From an uncultured bacterium (GTDB lineage: Bacteria; Chloroflexota; UBA5177; JANWHV01), in the NCBI GenBank assembly GCA_963729625.1, contig CAVSOU010000007.1:288001-352000 (forward strand): a DNA stretch of 64,000 nt, written 5' to 3'. The notes under the pieces were generated by a model, which saw only the letters and a program-made list of their open reading frames with translations, did no database searches and was not told where the DNA came from. A program made the position numbers and the translations under genes. This document shows, piece by piece, positions 51,084 through 62,794 of the stretch (within the stretch, counting starts at the first letter, position 1; every line of letters begins with the position of its first letter).

Positions 51084-52178
51084 ATGCAGACAGGTTATGC
51101 CGCCATCTACCCGCCATTGCGCCTCGATCACCTTGAACGGCTCACCGACGACACGGGAATCATGCAGCACGCCATATACGCAGTGCCCGATCGCCGGCAT
51201 GGCTACTCGATCGACGATCAGGCACGCGCGCTGATCGTCGTTCTCGCTCATGCGAACCTGGCCGGCTGCAAGCGCGCTCCAGAGCGTGCGTACGTTTACG
51301 CAGCCTATCTTCAACACGCGGCGAGTCCTTCCGGCGGATTTCACAATTTTCTCTCGTTCGGTCGCACCTGGCTTGACGAGCGTGGATCGGATGACTGCTA
51401 TGGACGTGCTATCTGGGCGCTCGGCTACGCCCAACGATTCGGGATGGATCGAGGGCTTACCGAACTTGCCGCGGAACTGTTCGCTTCCCAGGCAGACCAG
51501 CTCGAGGGGCTGTCGTATCCGAGATCGCAAGCATTCGCCCTGTTTGGACTCTACCACAGGCTCAAAGTCGAGCCGAATAGGTTCCTCCTGGCGACGGCAC
51601 GCCGGCTAGCGGACCGGATCGTACAACGATTCAATGCGACATCGTCACCCGACTGGCTATGGTTTGAAGACTCGCTCACCTACTGCAACGCAAAGCTCCC
51701 GGCAGCCCTGCTCCTGGCCTTTGAGCTTACTGGATATGCGGGCTATTTGAGCATCGCCACGACGGCTCTTCGCTGGCTCTTCAGCGTCGTGTTCAATGGT
51801 GATGGCGAACTGCGACTGGTCGGACAAGACGGATGGTATCCGCGCAATGGAGTGAAGGCTGCATTTGACGAGCAGTGCGTCGATGCGCAAGGAATCGTGG
51901 AGGCGGCGACCATAGCTGAGCGAATCACGGGAGAGGCTCATTGGCGGCGAGATGCCATGGCTGCCTTTGGCTGGTTCCTCGGCCGAAACGTGCGCCGCAT
52001 TCCCCTGGTCGACACTATCACCTGGGGTTGCTACGACGGGATTATGTCGGACCGCCTCAACGATAATATGGGCGCTGAGTCGACAGTGTGCTATCTCCTG
52101 GCCTACCTGTCACTTGTCGAAGCGGGCGCTCTCACGCTTGAGGGCACGATGCCACACGACGCGCCCTCGCCCACGTGA
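51084..52178 (+). CDS. Stand-alone six-hairpin glycosidase-like domain, usually fused C-terminal to GT4 glycosyltransferases
   Basis: LTDDTGIMQHA, GYSIDDQARAL, WFEDSLTY, NMGAEST. Confidence 0.78.
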   Translation: MQTGYAAIYPPLRLDHLERLTDDTGIMQHAIYAVPDRRHGYSIDDQARALIVVLAHANLAGCKRAPERAYVYAAYLQHAASPSGGFHNFLSFGRTWLDERGSDDCYGRAIWALGYAQRFGMDRGLTELAAELFASQADQLEGLSYPRSQAFALFGLYHRLKVEPNRFLLATARRLADRIVQRFNATSSPDWLWFEDSLTYCNAKLPAALLLAFELTGYAGYLSIATTALRWLFSVVFNGDGELRLVGQDGWYPRNGVKAAFDEQCVDAQGIVEAATIAERITGEAHWRRDAMAAFGWFLGRNVRRIPLVDTITWGCYDGIMSDRLNDNMGAESTVCYLLAYLSLVEAGALTLEGTMPHDAPSPT

Positions 52179-52221
52179 CGCGAGGCAAATGTCAGCGTGC
52201 CCAACCTGGAAATGCAAGCGA

Positions 52222-53364
52222 CTACAGGACTGTGGGCACCCATGCGATCTGGCGGTTGGTGCTTGGGTCGCCAAGGCTGCCGTTCAGGTCGATCCGTGCT
52301 GCTCCAATGCACGTATCGGCCATGCCGTAATACACGTCGAGGCAGTTGTCGCGCCGATCCAGCGCGGTTGGGAACACCACGTCACGAACAACGCCGGAAA
52401 TCTCCTCCGGGAGGTCAGGGACGAGCGTCGGCTCGGGAGAGCGATAGACGATGCGCCGCGGGTCGGCCGCATCGAGAACGAGCGCGGCCGACACGTATCG
52501 GAACCCGGGATGCAAACCCACTCGCGAGCCGGGACCAATACCATGATAGATGGTGAACCATCCCTCGGGCAGCCTGACCGGGGGCGTCCCACCGCCAATG
52601 CGGATTGACTCCCACGGTTGTTCCGGCAGCAGCAGTTCATGATGATGTGAAAATGTCGGCGCGTGAACCGCGCCGTTCGCCGATGGCGAAGCCCAGTCGG
52701 CCTCATCCAGCGGACAATACGAGAGCCACACCGTCCAGAAATCCCGAACGACGTATGGAGGCAGCGGCGCCGGCTGCGGACGCTCGAGCGTATTGCCGAC
52801 CCAGACCTCGAACATCGGTCGGTGCATCAGCACGAGTGAAAGGCGCCCGTCCGGCCCGGTTATTGGCTCCGGAAAAAGCATCGCGTCCTTGTTGCCGTAC
52901 TGAGTCATGTCGGAATCGTGATGTGGCGTCAACTTGATCAGCCCAACGCGCTTCCACTCATAGAGGTCTTTCGAGATTGCCAGGGCCGCGCGTGGCCCGG
53001 ATGAGCTGTATGCGACGTAGACCATGACGTAGATGCCCAGCGCTGCTATGTAGGTGACCCGTGCATCCTCACAGCCACCACCCGACCGCAAGTTCTTCTC
53101 GTATGGCTCGGTCGGCGCCAGGGCGATTCCCTGGCGCTCGACTCCAACGGGAATGCCGCTCCGATCGTACTGGACCTGCGCGATGCCAATGCGCGAGTAA
53201 TTGCCGGGCGCAACTAGCCGCGGAAACAACAGGAAATCGCCGTTCTTCGACCGCGCGCCCCCTGGGTTCAGGACGCCGCCTGCCTCGAGCGCGTTGCCTG
53301 GCTCCGCGCGCATCACGATAGCTAACCGCCGGAGCACATAGGCTTGGCTGGCGGACAAATGCAT
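52222..53364 (-). CDS. GH130-like glycoside phosphorylase/hydrolase; start uncertain
   Basis: GVLNPG, GCEDARVT, NKDAMLFP, IGGGTPP, YHG, VVFPT, YYGMAD. Confidence 0.88.
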   Translation of the reverse strand: MHLSASQAYVLRRLAIVMRAEPGNALEAGGVLNPGGARSKNGDFLLFPRLVAPGNYSRIGIAQVQYDRSGIPVGVERQGIALAPTEPYEKNLRSGGGCEDARVTYIAALGIYVMVYVAYSSSGPRAALAISKDLYEWKRVGLIKLTPHHDSDMTQYGNKDAMLFPEPITGPDGRLSLVLMHRPMFEVWVGNTLERPQPAPLPPYVVRDFWTVWLSYCPLDEADWASPSANGAVHAPTFSHHHELLLPEQPWESIRIGGGTPPVRLPEGWFTIYHGIGPGSRVGLHPGFRYVSAALVLDAADPRRIVYRSPEPTLVPDLPEEISGVVRDVVFPTALDRRDNCLDVYYGMADTCIGAARIDLNGSLGDPSTNRQIAWVPTVL

Positions 53365-53858
53365 GACGATACCTTCCGTCGCTTGCTGCATGGGTCTGAC
53401 TGTTTCTGCTGATCGACCGAGAGTCGCGTTCGCTGCACTACCCATGGTACGGGCAAATCGCTCACAGCAACACCCCCCAAATATGCGCCCTGCGGCTCCG
53501 GCAAGGTACCGGCGATGCAGGGCGAACGACAGCCAGGAACGCGCTCGCAATCATGCGAGGGGCCGCGCGGCGCCTGCAAATGGCTTGGGCGTGCCGAACG
53601 CGCTCCATGCCCGTAGCTAGCTCCGCGCCCCGCTGCGCACGACGACGAAGTGGCGCACGATTCGCAGGCAGGGCCCCGAAGGACCGGGGCACGCTGGCCC
53701 GTCCGGGTGAGCCGGCTAGAGTGAAGCCCCGAAGGGATCTCCATCGAGCCGCACGATTCTGGGGGAGCGGACGTCCTCGCCCGCTGTGGCGCGCCGGCTA
53801 TTCACTCCATCGCCAAGACGTGACCACCCTGCGGGTTCCGGAGTGGCATCACTGTAGC

Positions 53859-55502
53859 TCACGACGGAGAGCCTTTCTGATCCCGGTAGCGGCGAATAAG
53901 CGCGTTCGTGGAGCCGTCGTGCCCGAGAGCTGTCGAGCCAGAAGCCTCCAGCTCGGGCGCGATGCGAAGCGCAAGCGCCTTGCCCAGCTCGACACCCCAT
54001 TGGTCGAAGGAATTGATATGCCATATAGCGCCCTGAACAAAGATCTTGTGCTCGTAGAGCGCGATGAGAGAACCGAGAATGCCAGGTGTGAGCTGTTCCG
54101 CCAGAATCGTGTTGGTGGGCCGGTTGCCCTGGAACACGCGGTGAGGCACCTGGTACTCCGGAACACCGGCTGCTTCGACCTCCTCACGGTTCTTCCCGAA
54201 GGCAAGTGCTTCGGTCTGCGCGAGGAAGTTTGCCATAAGCAAATCGTGGTGCGTGCCGATCGGGTTCAGAGACCGAGTAAAAGCTATGAAGTCGCACGGA
54301 ATAAGCTTCGTTCCCTGGTGGATAAGCTGGTAGTATGCGTGCTGGCCGTTGGTGCCGGGCGTGCCCCAGAGTATCGGTCCCGTCTGGAAATCAACAGGTC
54401 TGCCCGAGAGGTCGACATGCTTCCCATTGCTCTCCATGTCGAGTTGCTGCAAATATGCGCTGAACGAGCCGAGGTAGTGGTCATACGGAAGTACGGCAAT
54501 TGATTCGGCGCCGAAGAAATCGACGTACCAGATGCCGATCAACGCCAGGAGCACCGGCAGATTGCGCTCGAACGGCGTGGTACGGAAGTGCACGTCCATT
54601 GCGCGAAAGCCGGCCAGAAACTCGCGGAAACGCTCGGGGCCAATCGCCACCATGAGCGAAAGACCGATTGCCGAATCCACCGAGTAGCGGCCGCCAATCC
54701 AATCCCAGAATCCAAACATGTTTTGCGTGTCGATGCCGAAACTTGCCACCTCCGTCGCATTCGTGGAGACTGCCACGAAGTGTCTGGCGATGGAAGATTC
54801 GTCCTTGAGCCCACGCAGGAGCCATTCACGCGCCGAACGCGCATTGGTGAGCGTTTCCAAGGTCGTGAACGTCTTAGAACAAACGATGAACAGCGTCTCG
54901 GCGGGATCCAGATCTCGCAGGGCCTCGGCAAGATCTGTTGCATCGATATTTGACACGAAGCGCAGCACCAGACGCCTATCGCTATAGAAGCGCAACGCCT
55001 GGTAGCACATAGCAGGGCCGAGGTCGGAACCCCCAATGCCGATGTTCACGACATTGCGTATACGCTTTCCCGTGTGACCGGTCCATTCGCCGGACCGAAC
55101 TTGCGCCGCGAACCGCGCCATCTTGTCGAGCACAGCGTGCACGCCCGGCACGATGTCCACTCCGTCGACCACGATTCTCGCGTCGCGAGGCGCGCGAAGC
55201 GCTGTATGCAGGACCGCGCGTCTTTCCGTCACGTTGATCTTCTCGCCGCTGAACATTGCCTCGATGCGCTCTCGCACACCGGCGTGTTCTGCTAAACGCA
55301 GCAGCAGTTCGAGCGTCTCATCCACGACTCGATTCTTCGAGTAGTCCAGGAACAGGCCGGCGCCCTCGGCTGTATACCGCATGCCGCGCTCAAGGTCACC
55401 AGCAAATATGGAACGCAAATGCAGATCGCGGACAGCTTCATAGTGCGCGGCTAGCGCCCGCCAGGCGTCGGTCTCCGAACGTGGAGTTGCATCGGCGGCC
55501 AT
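53859..55502 (-). CDS. pgi: Glucose-6-phosphate isomerase
   Basis: [30 protein letters not shown]. Confidence 0.98.
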   Translation of the reverse strand: MAADATPRSETDAWRALAAHYEAVRDLHLRSIFAGDLERGMRYTAEGAGLFLDYSKNRVVDETLELLLRLAEHAGVRERIEAMFSGEKINVTERRAVLHTALRAPRDARIVVDGVDIVPGVHAVLDKMARFAAQVRSGEWTGHTGKRIRNVVNIGIGGSDLGPAMCYQALRFYSDRRLVLRFVSNIDATDLAEALRDLDPAETLFIVCSKTFTTLETLTNARSAREWLLRGLKDESSIARHFVAVSTNATEVASFGIDTQNMFGFWDWIGGRYSVDSAIGLSLMVAIGPERFREFLAGFRAMDVHFRTTPFERNLPVLLALIGIWYVDFFGAESIAVLPYDHYLGSFSAYLQQLDMESNGKHVDLSGRPVDFQTGPILWGTPGTNGQHAYYQLIHQGTKLIPCDFIAFTRSLNPIGTHHDLLMANFLAQTEALAFGKNREEVEAAGVPEYQVPHRVFQGNRPTNTILAEQLTPGILGSLIALYEHKIFVQGAIWHINSFDQWGVELGKALALRIAPELEASGSTALGHDGSTNALIRRYRDQKGSPS

Positions 55503-55655
55503 AGGTGTCGTCTCCCTCTCTTAACCGTGCGAAACGATGACAACACGCGTGGTTGTCCCCAGCACGATCAAGCATAGCGCCATAGGTACTGTGGATGTCA
55601 CGGCTTGAGGGCATCGGCACGCGACGCCGTCCTCAGCGCCGAATCTCAGACCTAC

Positions 55656-56324
55656 CTATCGACGACGTAAGGCGCCTAGGGCCATCAACCGCCGTACTTC
55701 GTCGTCGTCAACCTGCTCGAAATCCACGTACCAATCGCCCACGGCGACGAACGGATCCGGAGTGTAGGCGCATATCACTTCGTCGGCATATTGCTCCATT
55801 TGTTTGCACCCGGTCGGCGAGCCAACCGGGGCCGCCACTACGACGCGCGCCGGGTGCCGTGCTCGTAGCGCAACAGCCGCGGCACGCATCGAGGCCCCGG
55901 TGGCAAGGCCATCGTCCACCAGAATAGCGATATGCCGGCTCACCAGCATGGCCGGACCGCCACGCCGATATGCCTCTTCTTTCCGCGCAAGCTCCGCACG
56001 CGCGCGACCGACGGCTGCCGAGAGCTTTTCCTGGGACACGTGAAGGTCTTCCAGGAGCAGGTCGTTCCACACGACAACCCCACCAGAGGCAATCGCGCCA
56101 AGAGCGAGCTCAGGGTTCCAGGGAGCTCCGATCTTGCGGACGAGGCAAATATCGAGCGGCGCAGCAAGCTCGCGAGCCACCGTTGCGGCCACCGGCACGC
56201 CTCCGCGCGGCAGTCCGAGAATAACAACGTCAGGGCGACGGGCATAATGCCCAAGCTTCTCTGAGAGAGCCCTACCAGCGGCCTCCCGATTGGCAAACGG
56301 CAGCGAATCGCCTCTGTGCGCCAT
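55656..56324 (-). CDS. Phosphoribosyltransferase-family protein
   Basis: LPRGGVPVA, VRKIGAP, LVDDGLATG. Confidence 0.92.
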   Translation of the reverse strand: MAHRGDSLPFANREAAGRALSEKLGHYARRPDVVILGLPRGGVPVAATVARELAAPLDICLVRKIGAPWNPELALGAIASGGVVVWNDLLLEDLHVSQEKLSAAVGRARAELARKEEAYRRGGPAMLVSRHIAILVDDGLATGASMRAAAVALRARHPARVVVAAPVGSPTGCKQMEQYADEVICAYTPDPFVAVGDWYVDFEQVDDDEVRRLMALGALRRR

Positions 56325-56633
56325 CCATCAACCCCGCCTGGCGCCGTTGTCGCCGTGCAAGCCGTCAGTCGCCGCCCGGAAACCCTCTGCTGGCCGGCGC
56401 CAGCGTCAGTCCTTCCTTCAAAATAGCATCGATCCAACTCGTCCTGGCAGCGATCGACAGCGGTGCTGCAGGCTTGCCGCATGGGCGGGCCCGTGGATGC
56501 CGAGACGCGCACGCCGTATGTCGAGCGAGGCGCGTGACGGCGGGGCCGAAGCTCGAAATCGTGGGCGTCCTCAGGCCATGGGCGCTAAGGGGTGCCTGGA
56601 GCCCGCAACGCTGGTCCGCCCGTACGTGGCGAT

Positions 56634-57095
56634 CTAGTTGAGGTTCCTGGACTTCCGGACCACGAGATGCGCCCACTCGTCTGCCTTCAGCTCTTCGCCA
56701 ACGTCGATCGGACCTTCTGGGCTCGAGACGACGAAGCTCATGGGACCGGCGACGAGAACCGCGCCCAAGCCTCGCACACGGCGTGCGACGCGATGCGCGG
56801 CCGAGCCGGTTCCCAGCCACGATCCGTGTTCGCGCGTGTCGAACACGGCTACGTGTTTCCCCAGCAGGCCGCTGGGCGGCACGTTGTCGAGGAATTCCCT
56901 GATTGCCGGCGTTAGGCCATGATCGTCTGGGGGCGCCCCAAGTACGAGCAGATCCGCTCTGGCTATGTCGCCGAGGGTGAGTGAACGGATAGGGATCATC
57001 TCGGCGTCCCCATGCTCCTTCAGCTTTTCCACAATCTCCTTTGCCAGATGTTCAGTCTGGCTATAATGCGCGTCGAACAGAACCAGCGTGTTCAT
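56634..57095 (-). CDS. Flavodoxin-like protein with degenerate FMN phosphate loop
   Basis: VLFDAHYSQT, LVLGAP, AVFDTR; GGAGG RBS. Confidence 0.75.
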   Translation of the reverse strand: MNTLVLFDAHYSQTEHLAKEIVEKLKEHGDAEMIPIRSLTLGDIARADLLVLGAPPDDHGLTPAIREFLDNVPPSGLLGKHVAVFDTREHGSWLGTGSAAHRVARRVRGLGAVLVAGPMSFVVSSPEGPIDVGEELKADEWAHLVVRKSRNLN

Positions 57096-57339
57096 CGTTG
57101 AACCTCCAAGGCGGTGGCGACATCATTGTCCCGCCTATCACATCCGCAGCTGACCTCGGGCAACTGCCTTCGCTACTATTCTCCTCCGAGCTAAGAATGC
57201 TAGCAAGAGCCAAATGTACGCTCATCCCACCCAAATGTCTGCCCGATCTGGCTAGCCGAGCAAAGCGCGCGCACAGTGCAATCGTGACTGGACGCGAGCC
57301 AGCTGCCATGGCACACTGTCCACGAATACGCTAGAGACC

Positions 57340-57355
57340 TGCAACAGTTGTTGCA
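57340..57355. promoter_or_regulatory. Palindromic operator, probably for the adjacent MarR protein
   Basis: TGCAACA-GT-TGTTGCA, 14 nt upstream of the MarR start. Confidence 0.65.
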
Positions 57356-57369
57356 ATCAAGGATTTGCC

Positions 57370-57828
57370 ATGGGTGGCCCGATTCCTGTATCGGTCGAGG
57401 TGGATGCGCTGCGATTGGCCGGCGGTCTACTGCAGTTTGTGCGGATCCTGGACCAGCAGGTTCGTCTTGCCAGGCCTGAAGACGGCCTGAATCTCGCGGA
57501 GCTCAGCGTCCTGGGTGCAGTTGAGCGCGGCGCTGACACGCCGTCGGCGGTCGCGCGCGCAGTGCACCTCGACCCGGCAAGAATAACGCACATTACCGAC
57601 CACCTGGTGTTGCTCGGTTACCTTTGCCGAGAGCTCGATCAGATCGACCGTCGCCGGTGGCGGATTCAATTGACTCCCTCGGGCACAGTGCGAGTCGAGA
57701 GCGGGCGTCTCGACATCGACCGCTGCATGCATCACCTGCTCGCGGGGCTCACGCCAGACGAAATGGACGGCATGTTGCGGGCTCTTGAGGGCATCCGCAG
57801 GGTGGTAGCCGCGCGCGAATCAACCTAA
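57370..57828 (+). CDS. MarR-family regulator
   Basis: wHTH pattern; DRRR..IQLTPSG. Confidence 0.88.
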   Translation: MGGPIPVSVEVDALRLAGGLLQFVRILDQQVRLARPEDGLNLAELSVLGAVERGADTPSAVARAVHLDPARITHITDHLVLLGYLCRELDQIDRRRWRIQLTPSGTVRVESGRLDIDRCMHHLLAGLTPDEMDGMLRALEGIRRVVAAREST

Positions 57829-57977
57829 ACGTGGCCCGGTCCGCGTCCGCGGCTATCCGGCCGTGAGCGGGCCGCGGCATTGCTACAATGCTTACTGCGG
57901 TGGCAACGTGTCGACCGGACGCGGCCCTGATCTGCCCATCGATACGCAGGGCGGACAACATGGTAGGAGAGTAGAGA

Positions 57978-58457
57978 ATGGCAGCGCCTGGGATGGACCT
58001 CACGGCGTACTCTTGGCTCAAAGACCTGACTCCGGCGCAGCAACGGCTGCTATCGGTGGGAAGCGCACTGGTAGAATTCCCGGCTGGACACACGATCACG
58101 CGCGCAGGCGAGCCGGCAACACGTTTCTTCCTCATCAATCAGGGTGCCGTGAAACTTGAAGTGTTCGTCTCGGAACGCGGTCCTGTGGCCATTGCCGTCG
58201 TGTCCACCGGTGAGCCGCTTGGTTGGTCGTCACTTGTGCCGCCGTTCCGTTCGCACTACGATGCCACCGCTCTTGATCCCGTGAAAGCAGTCGCGTTCGA
58301 AGCGTCGCGAATCCGTGAGTTATGCAACGCGGACCACGATCTCGGTTTCAAGCTTTTCGACAGACTGGCCGTACTGATCACGGAGAGGCTGAATGCAACG
58401 CGCCTGCAGCTGACAGGGTTATTCGTCGGCAATCAAGAAGGCACAGGCTGGGTATAG
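57978..58457 (+). CDS. Stand-alone cNMP-binding domain protein (no HTH)
   Basis: GEPATRFFLINQG, GEPLGWSSL, RLNATRLQL. Confidence 0.85.
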   Translation: MAAPGMDLTAYSWLKDLTPAQQRLLSVGSALVEFPAGHTITRAGEPATRFFLINQGAVKLEVFVSERGPVAIAVVSTGEPLGWSSLVPPFRSHYDATALDPVKAVAFEASRIRELCNADHDLGFKLFDRLAVLITERLNATRLQLTGLFVGNQEGTGWV

Positions 58458-58496
58458 AGGGTCGAGACGACCTCAGTGCGCGGCGGCGCGCCAGAT

Positions 58497-59828
58497 TCAC
58501 GATGCTGGGAGAGTCACTGTGAATACGGCGCCATGCGGCGCAGCATTCGCGACTTTGATCTGGCCGCCGTGAGCCTGGGCAATCCATCGTCCAATTGCCA
58601 GACCCAGACCACCCCCCTCGACCTTCCTGTCCCGTGCGCCGCGGTAGAATCGGTCGAACACCTGAGGCAGATCCTTTGCGTCGATTCCCGGACCAGAATC
58701 CTCGACCTGAAGTGTCACGCGGTTGCCATGGCGGGCCAAGCGCACGACGATCGTGCCACGTGGAGGTGTGTGCTTCAGGGCATTGTCGAGCAGTATGAGG
58801 AGCAGCTGGCGCAAACGGATCCAGTCGCCTGCAAGCCACAGCGTCTCCGGCGCGTCGACGGTGAGCCGCACGTCGCGTTCATCAGCCAGCAATTCGATTG
58901 CCGACACCGCGGCTCGGGCGAGCTCCGCCACGTCCAGAGGCTGCGTCTCGAGGCTCATGACACCGCTATCTGCGTGTGCCAGCAGAGCAAGATCGTCGAC
59001 CAATCTCGCCAGATGCACACTTTCGGCCAGGGCCTGCTCGAGCGAGGACTGCTGCTCGGCGCTGTCCGCGCTTTCGAGGCCAAGCTCTGCCGCTGTGCGC
59101 AAAATGGCGACAGGTGTACGCAGCTCATGCGCCGCATCGGCTACGAAATCGCGCTGGCGGCGAATGGCGCGCCGTATCGGTTGCATTGCCCTCCTGACCA
59201 CGATGAGTGTGATCGCCGCCGAGGCGAGAAGGCCCGCGGCACTGGCGATCAGTAGTTGGCGCAGAACGTCATTCACACTCTCGTCGTATTGTCGCATCGA
59301 GACGCCGAACTCCGCGACCCCAACCGTCGATCGCTCATCCACGAGCGGCTCGGTGAGGATAAGGAAATGGTCACCGCCTGGGCCCAGGCGGGTCGTGAAG
59401 CGGTCCCTATGGCTGGCAAGCACCGATCGCGCAGCCTCCGCGTCCGGTAATTTTCCGCCGAACACCGTGATCGCGCCGCCCCGTACGTGAAGATTGGTAT
59501 CGGCCACTGTGATGATCACGCCGCCGAGCGTCAGCTCGCTCTCCGTCGTATCCCTGATGCGCTCGTGCGTATCGATATCAGGCCTGATGGCTTCGACCAG
59601 TTGTGGCAGATTGATCGCCGCCCGGGCCGTCAACGTGTCTCGAAGCGACTGCTCCATCGCCGAGCGTGTGGTGATGAACACGACGGTCAGCATCGCCACG
59701 ACCAGCAGAACCAGAGAACCGACGGTCAGGAGAGCCAAGCGCCGGCTGACGCCACCAACTATGGCCCGATCTGGATCGGCGACAAGGTGACCCGACGGTG
59801 GCCGCTGAGGATCGGCGCGCTTTCCCAC
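58497..59828 (-). CDS. Membrane sensor histidine kinase (BaeS/CzcS-like)
   Basis: DAAHELRTP, LLDNALKH, GGGLGLAI; two TM helices. Confidence 0.93.
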   Translation of the reverse strand: MGKRADPQRPPSGHLVADPDRAIVGGVSRRLALLTVGSLVLLVVAMLTVVFITTRSAMEQSLRDTLTARAAINLPQLVEAIRPDIDTHERIRDTTESELTLGGVIITVADTNLHVRGGAITVFGGKLPDAEAARSVLASHRDRFTTRLGPGGDHFLILTEPLVDERSTVGVAEFGVSMRQYDESVNDVLRQLLIASAAGLLASAAITLIVVRRAMQPIRRAIRRQRDFVADAAHELRTPVAILRTAAELGLESADSAEQQSSLEQALAESVHLARLVDDLALLAHADSGVMSLETQPLDVAELARAAVSAIELLADERDVRLTVDAPETLWLAGDWIRLRQLLLILLDNALKHTPPRGTIVVRLARHGNRVTLQVEDSGPGIDAKDLPQVFDRFYRGARDRKVEGGGLGLAIGRWIAQAHGGQIKVANAAPHGAVFTVTLPAS

Positions 59829-59835
59829 CCTTCCG

Positions 59836-60504
59836 TCATCCCTTGATCATATAACCAACGCCGCGGACCGTGTGGATGAGCTGCTGCTCGAATCCCTGGT
59901 CAACTTCCTTGCGCAGCCGCAATATCGCGGCATCAACGACGTTCGTGAACGCTTCATAGCCGTAGTCCCAGACGCGCTCGAGAATCATCGTCCTGCTACG
60001 CACGCGGCCAGGGTTTCGCATGAGGTACTCGAGAAGAGCGTACTCGCGAGGTGCAAGCGTCAGCTCTCGGCCGCCGCGAGCAACCTGATGCGATACTCGA
60101 TCGAGCACCAGGTCGGCAACCACAAGTTTGTCCTCTTCCAGCAGAGCTCCGCGGCGAGTGATGGCTCGAAGACGCGCAAGCAGTTCTGCGAACGCGAAGG
60201 GCTTCGCTAGGAAATCGTCTGCCCCGGCGTTGAAGCCCTCCAGACGCTGGTGAAGTGCGTTCCTTGCAGTAAGCATAAGCACGGGGATCGTGGAGCCGTG
60301 CTCGCGCAGCCTCCGAGAGATTTCCAAACCATCCAGGCCCGGCAACGTGAGGTCCAGGATTATTGCGTCGTAGGCGTCGCCTTCCGCGTACTCCAGCCCT
60401 TGCACGCCATCTGCCACGTGGTCGACTACGTGGCCCTCCCCCTTCAAGCCCTTACGCAGCAGACCCGCCAAACGTTCGTCGTCTTCGACTATCAAGAGGT
60501 GCAA
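59836..60504 (-). CDS. OmpR-family response regulator
   Basis: LIVEDD, LDLTLPG, GADDFLAKPF, HTVRGVGY. Confidence 0.94.
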   Translation of the reverse strand: MHLLIVEDDERLAGLLRKGLKGEGHVVDHVADGVQGLEYAEGDAYDAIILDLTLPGLDGLEISRRLREHGSTIPVLMLTARNALHQRLEGFNAGADDFLAKPFAFAELLARLRAITRRGALLEEDKLVVADLVLDRVSHQVARGGRELTLAPREYALLEYLMRNPGRVRSRTMILERVWDYGYEAFTNVVDAAILRLRKEVDQGFEQQLIHTVRGVGYMIKG

Positions 60505-60605
60505 CGGATGCCATCCTCTCCCTGGCTCATAGGCGCAGGTATTCATTGACTTGATACAAAGCCTTCGAATACACCCGGATGGTAACGGCGATTGGGGGAT
60601 CGACG

Positions 60606-61664
60606 CTAGCAGATACGCGGGAGTTGCTCGCCGATCTGCATGGTCACCACTCGTGTAGCACCGATACCGGTCGTAGCGACCACCATCCCGGGATGGCGAT
60701 CAACAACCGTGCCTATCGCCACGGCGCGCGCGCCGAGCGGATGCGCGCGCATGCGCGCCAGCACTCTATCGGCGTCGGCAGGCGCTACGAAGGCCAGCAG
60801 TTTTCCCTCGTTCGCTACGTGAAGAGGATCCATTCCTAGTAACTCGCAGGCTGAGGCGACCGGCGGATTGACGGGAATGTCTTGCTCCCGAATGACGATA
60901 CCGACGTGCGAGGCCGACGCGATTTCGTTTAGCACCGCGGATACTCCGCCTCGTGTGGCATCACGAAGCACATGCACGGAAGGGCTCTCCGACAGCATCT
61001 CAGCCACCAGTCCGTTCAGCGGCGCGCAGTCCGATACGATGCGCGATTCGAACTCCAGCCCCTCGCGCACACTCATGATCGCCATCCCGTGGTCGCCGAT
61101 GGTACCGCTGACCATCACTACGTCTCCTGGTCGCGCGCGGCTGGGGCCGATCGTCACGCCATCGGGCACGATGCCGATTCCACTCGTGTTGATGAAGATC
61201 CCGTCGCCGTGGCCTCGTTCCACTACCTTGGTATCGCCCGTCACAAGACGCACTCCGGCAGCCAAGGCGGCAGCTGCCATCCGATCGATCACCTTTCCAA
61301 GGACCGAGATCGGGAGACCCTCTTCGAGAATGAACCCAACGCTCAAGTAGAGCGGCTGCGCGCCGCTCATTGCAATGTCGTTAACCGTGCCGTTGACGGC
61401 AAGCTCGCCTATGCTGCCCCCAGGGAAGAAGAGCGGCCGCACGACGAACGAGTCCGTGGAAAAGGCAAGTCGCCCTCCCAGCGCAGGCAGCACCGCCGTG
61501 TCGCCGAGATCCTCGAGGATCTCGTTGCGAAACGCAGGCAAGAACAGGTGCTCGATCAACTCCGCCGTGAGCTTCCCACCGCCGCCGTGGCCCAGAATGA
61601 TATTCGGGTGGTCACGCAACGGCAGGGGGCAAGTCCAGCCCTCGACGTTCAACGGCTCAGTCAT
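60606..61664 (-). CDS. hypE: Hydrogenase maturation protein HypE
   Basis: HGGGG, TDSFVV, GTVND, C-terminal PRIC. Confidence 0.97.
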   Translation of the reverse strand: MTEPLNVEGWTCPLPLRDHPNIILGHGGGGKLTAELIEHLFLPAFRNEILEDLGDTAVLPALGGRLAFSTDSFVVRPLFFPGGSIGELAVNGTVNDIAMSGAQPLYLSVGFILEEGLPISVLGKVIDRMAAAALAAGVRLVTGDTKVVERGHGDGIFINTSGIGIVPDGVTIGPSRARPGDVVMVSGTIGDHGMAIMSVREGLEFESRIVSDCAPLNGLVAEMLSESPSVHVLRDATRGGVSAVLNEIASASHVGIVIREQDIPVNPPVASACELLGMDPLHVANEGKLLAFVAPADADRVLARMRAHPLGARAVAIGTVVDRHPGMVVATTGIGATRVVTMQIGEQLPRIC

Positions 61665-62770
61665 GCCCCGGCATTCTCCTGTTCCACGAAGCGCCCGTAT
61701 TGATAGTACGCGGCGCACGCACCTTCGCTCGATACCATCGTGGCGCCAAGCGGTCTGCGCGGCGTGCACTCTTTACCAAACGCGGCACACTGGTTGGGCT
61801 TGATGAGGCCCTGCAGAACTTCGCCGCTCCGGCACAGGCCCGATTCCTTGGTGGCGATAGCCGCGACGCCATAGCGCTGCTCCGCGTCGAAGGTCGCGAA
61901 TTCGGGGCGCAGCCGCCAGCCGCTGCGCGGAATCACACCGATGCCGCGCCATGCGCGGTCGGTGACCTCGAACACCTGCCGCAGGATCCGCTGAGCTGGA
62001 ATGTTCCCCTCCTCCGTCACCGCGCGCTGATATGCATTCTCCACTTCGCCGCGGCTCTGCTCGAGCTGCAGCACGGCTCGACGAATGCCTTCCAGCACAT
62101 CGAGCGGCTCAAAGCCGGTCACGACAATGGGAACCTTATGGCGCTCCGCGATGCCGATGTACTCCCTGTATCCCATAACCGCGCACACATGCCCGGCGGC
62201 AAGGAATCCTTGAACCCTGTGAGCCGGCGAAGCAAGTATAGCTTCGATCGCCGGTGGCACGAGCACATGCGACACCAGCATCGAAAAGTTCGAAAGGCTT
62301 TGCTGGCGTGCTTGCAAAACAGCCATCGCATTTGCAGGAGCGGTCGTCTCGAAGCCAATTCCGAAGAACACGACACCTTTCGTGGGATTGTCGCGAGCGA
62401 TCTTGAGTGCATCGAGCGGTGAGTAGACAATGCGAACGTCTCCGCCCTCGCTCTTCACAGAAAAGAGATCCTTACCACTACCGGGAACGCGCAACATGTC
62501 GCCAAACGAACAGAAGATAACGCCAGGCATCGCGGCAATCGCCAAGGCCTTGTCGATCACATCCAGCGGAGTGACGCAGACCGGGCAGCCGGGACCGTGG
62601 ATAAGCTCAATCCTGGAAGGCAGCAACTGGTCGATCCCGTTTCGGATGATCGAGTGTGTCTGCCCTCCGCACACTTCCATGAGCGCCCAATCCCTGGTCG
62701 TCACACGGGCGATGTCGTCCAGAAGCGTCTTCGCCAGCTTGCCGTCGCGGAACTCAGCAAGGTACTTCAT
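61661..62770 (-). CDS. hypD: Hydrogenase maturation protein HypD
   Basis: [31 protein letters not shown]. Confidence 0.97.
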   Translation of the reverse strand: MKYLAEFRDGKLAKTLLDDIARVTTRDWALMEVCGGQTHSIIRNGIDQLLPSRIELIHGPGCPVCVTPLDVIDKALAIAAMPGVIFCSFGDMLRVPGSGKDLFSVKSEGGDVRIVYSPLDALKIARDNPTKGVVFFGIGFETTAPANAMAVLQARQQSLSNFSMLVSHVLVPPAIEAILASPAHRVQGFLAAGHVCAVMGYREYIGIAERHKVPIVVTGFEPLDVLEGIRRAVLQLEQSRGEVENAYQRAVTEEGNIPAQRILRQVFEVTDRAWRGIGVIPRSGWRLRPEFATFDAEQRYGVAAIATKESGLCRSGEVLQGLIKPNQCAAFGKECTPRRPLGATMVSSEGACAAYYQYGRFVEQENAGA

Positions 62771-62794
62771 GCTCGTGACCCCTCAGACCGCGTG

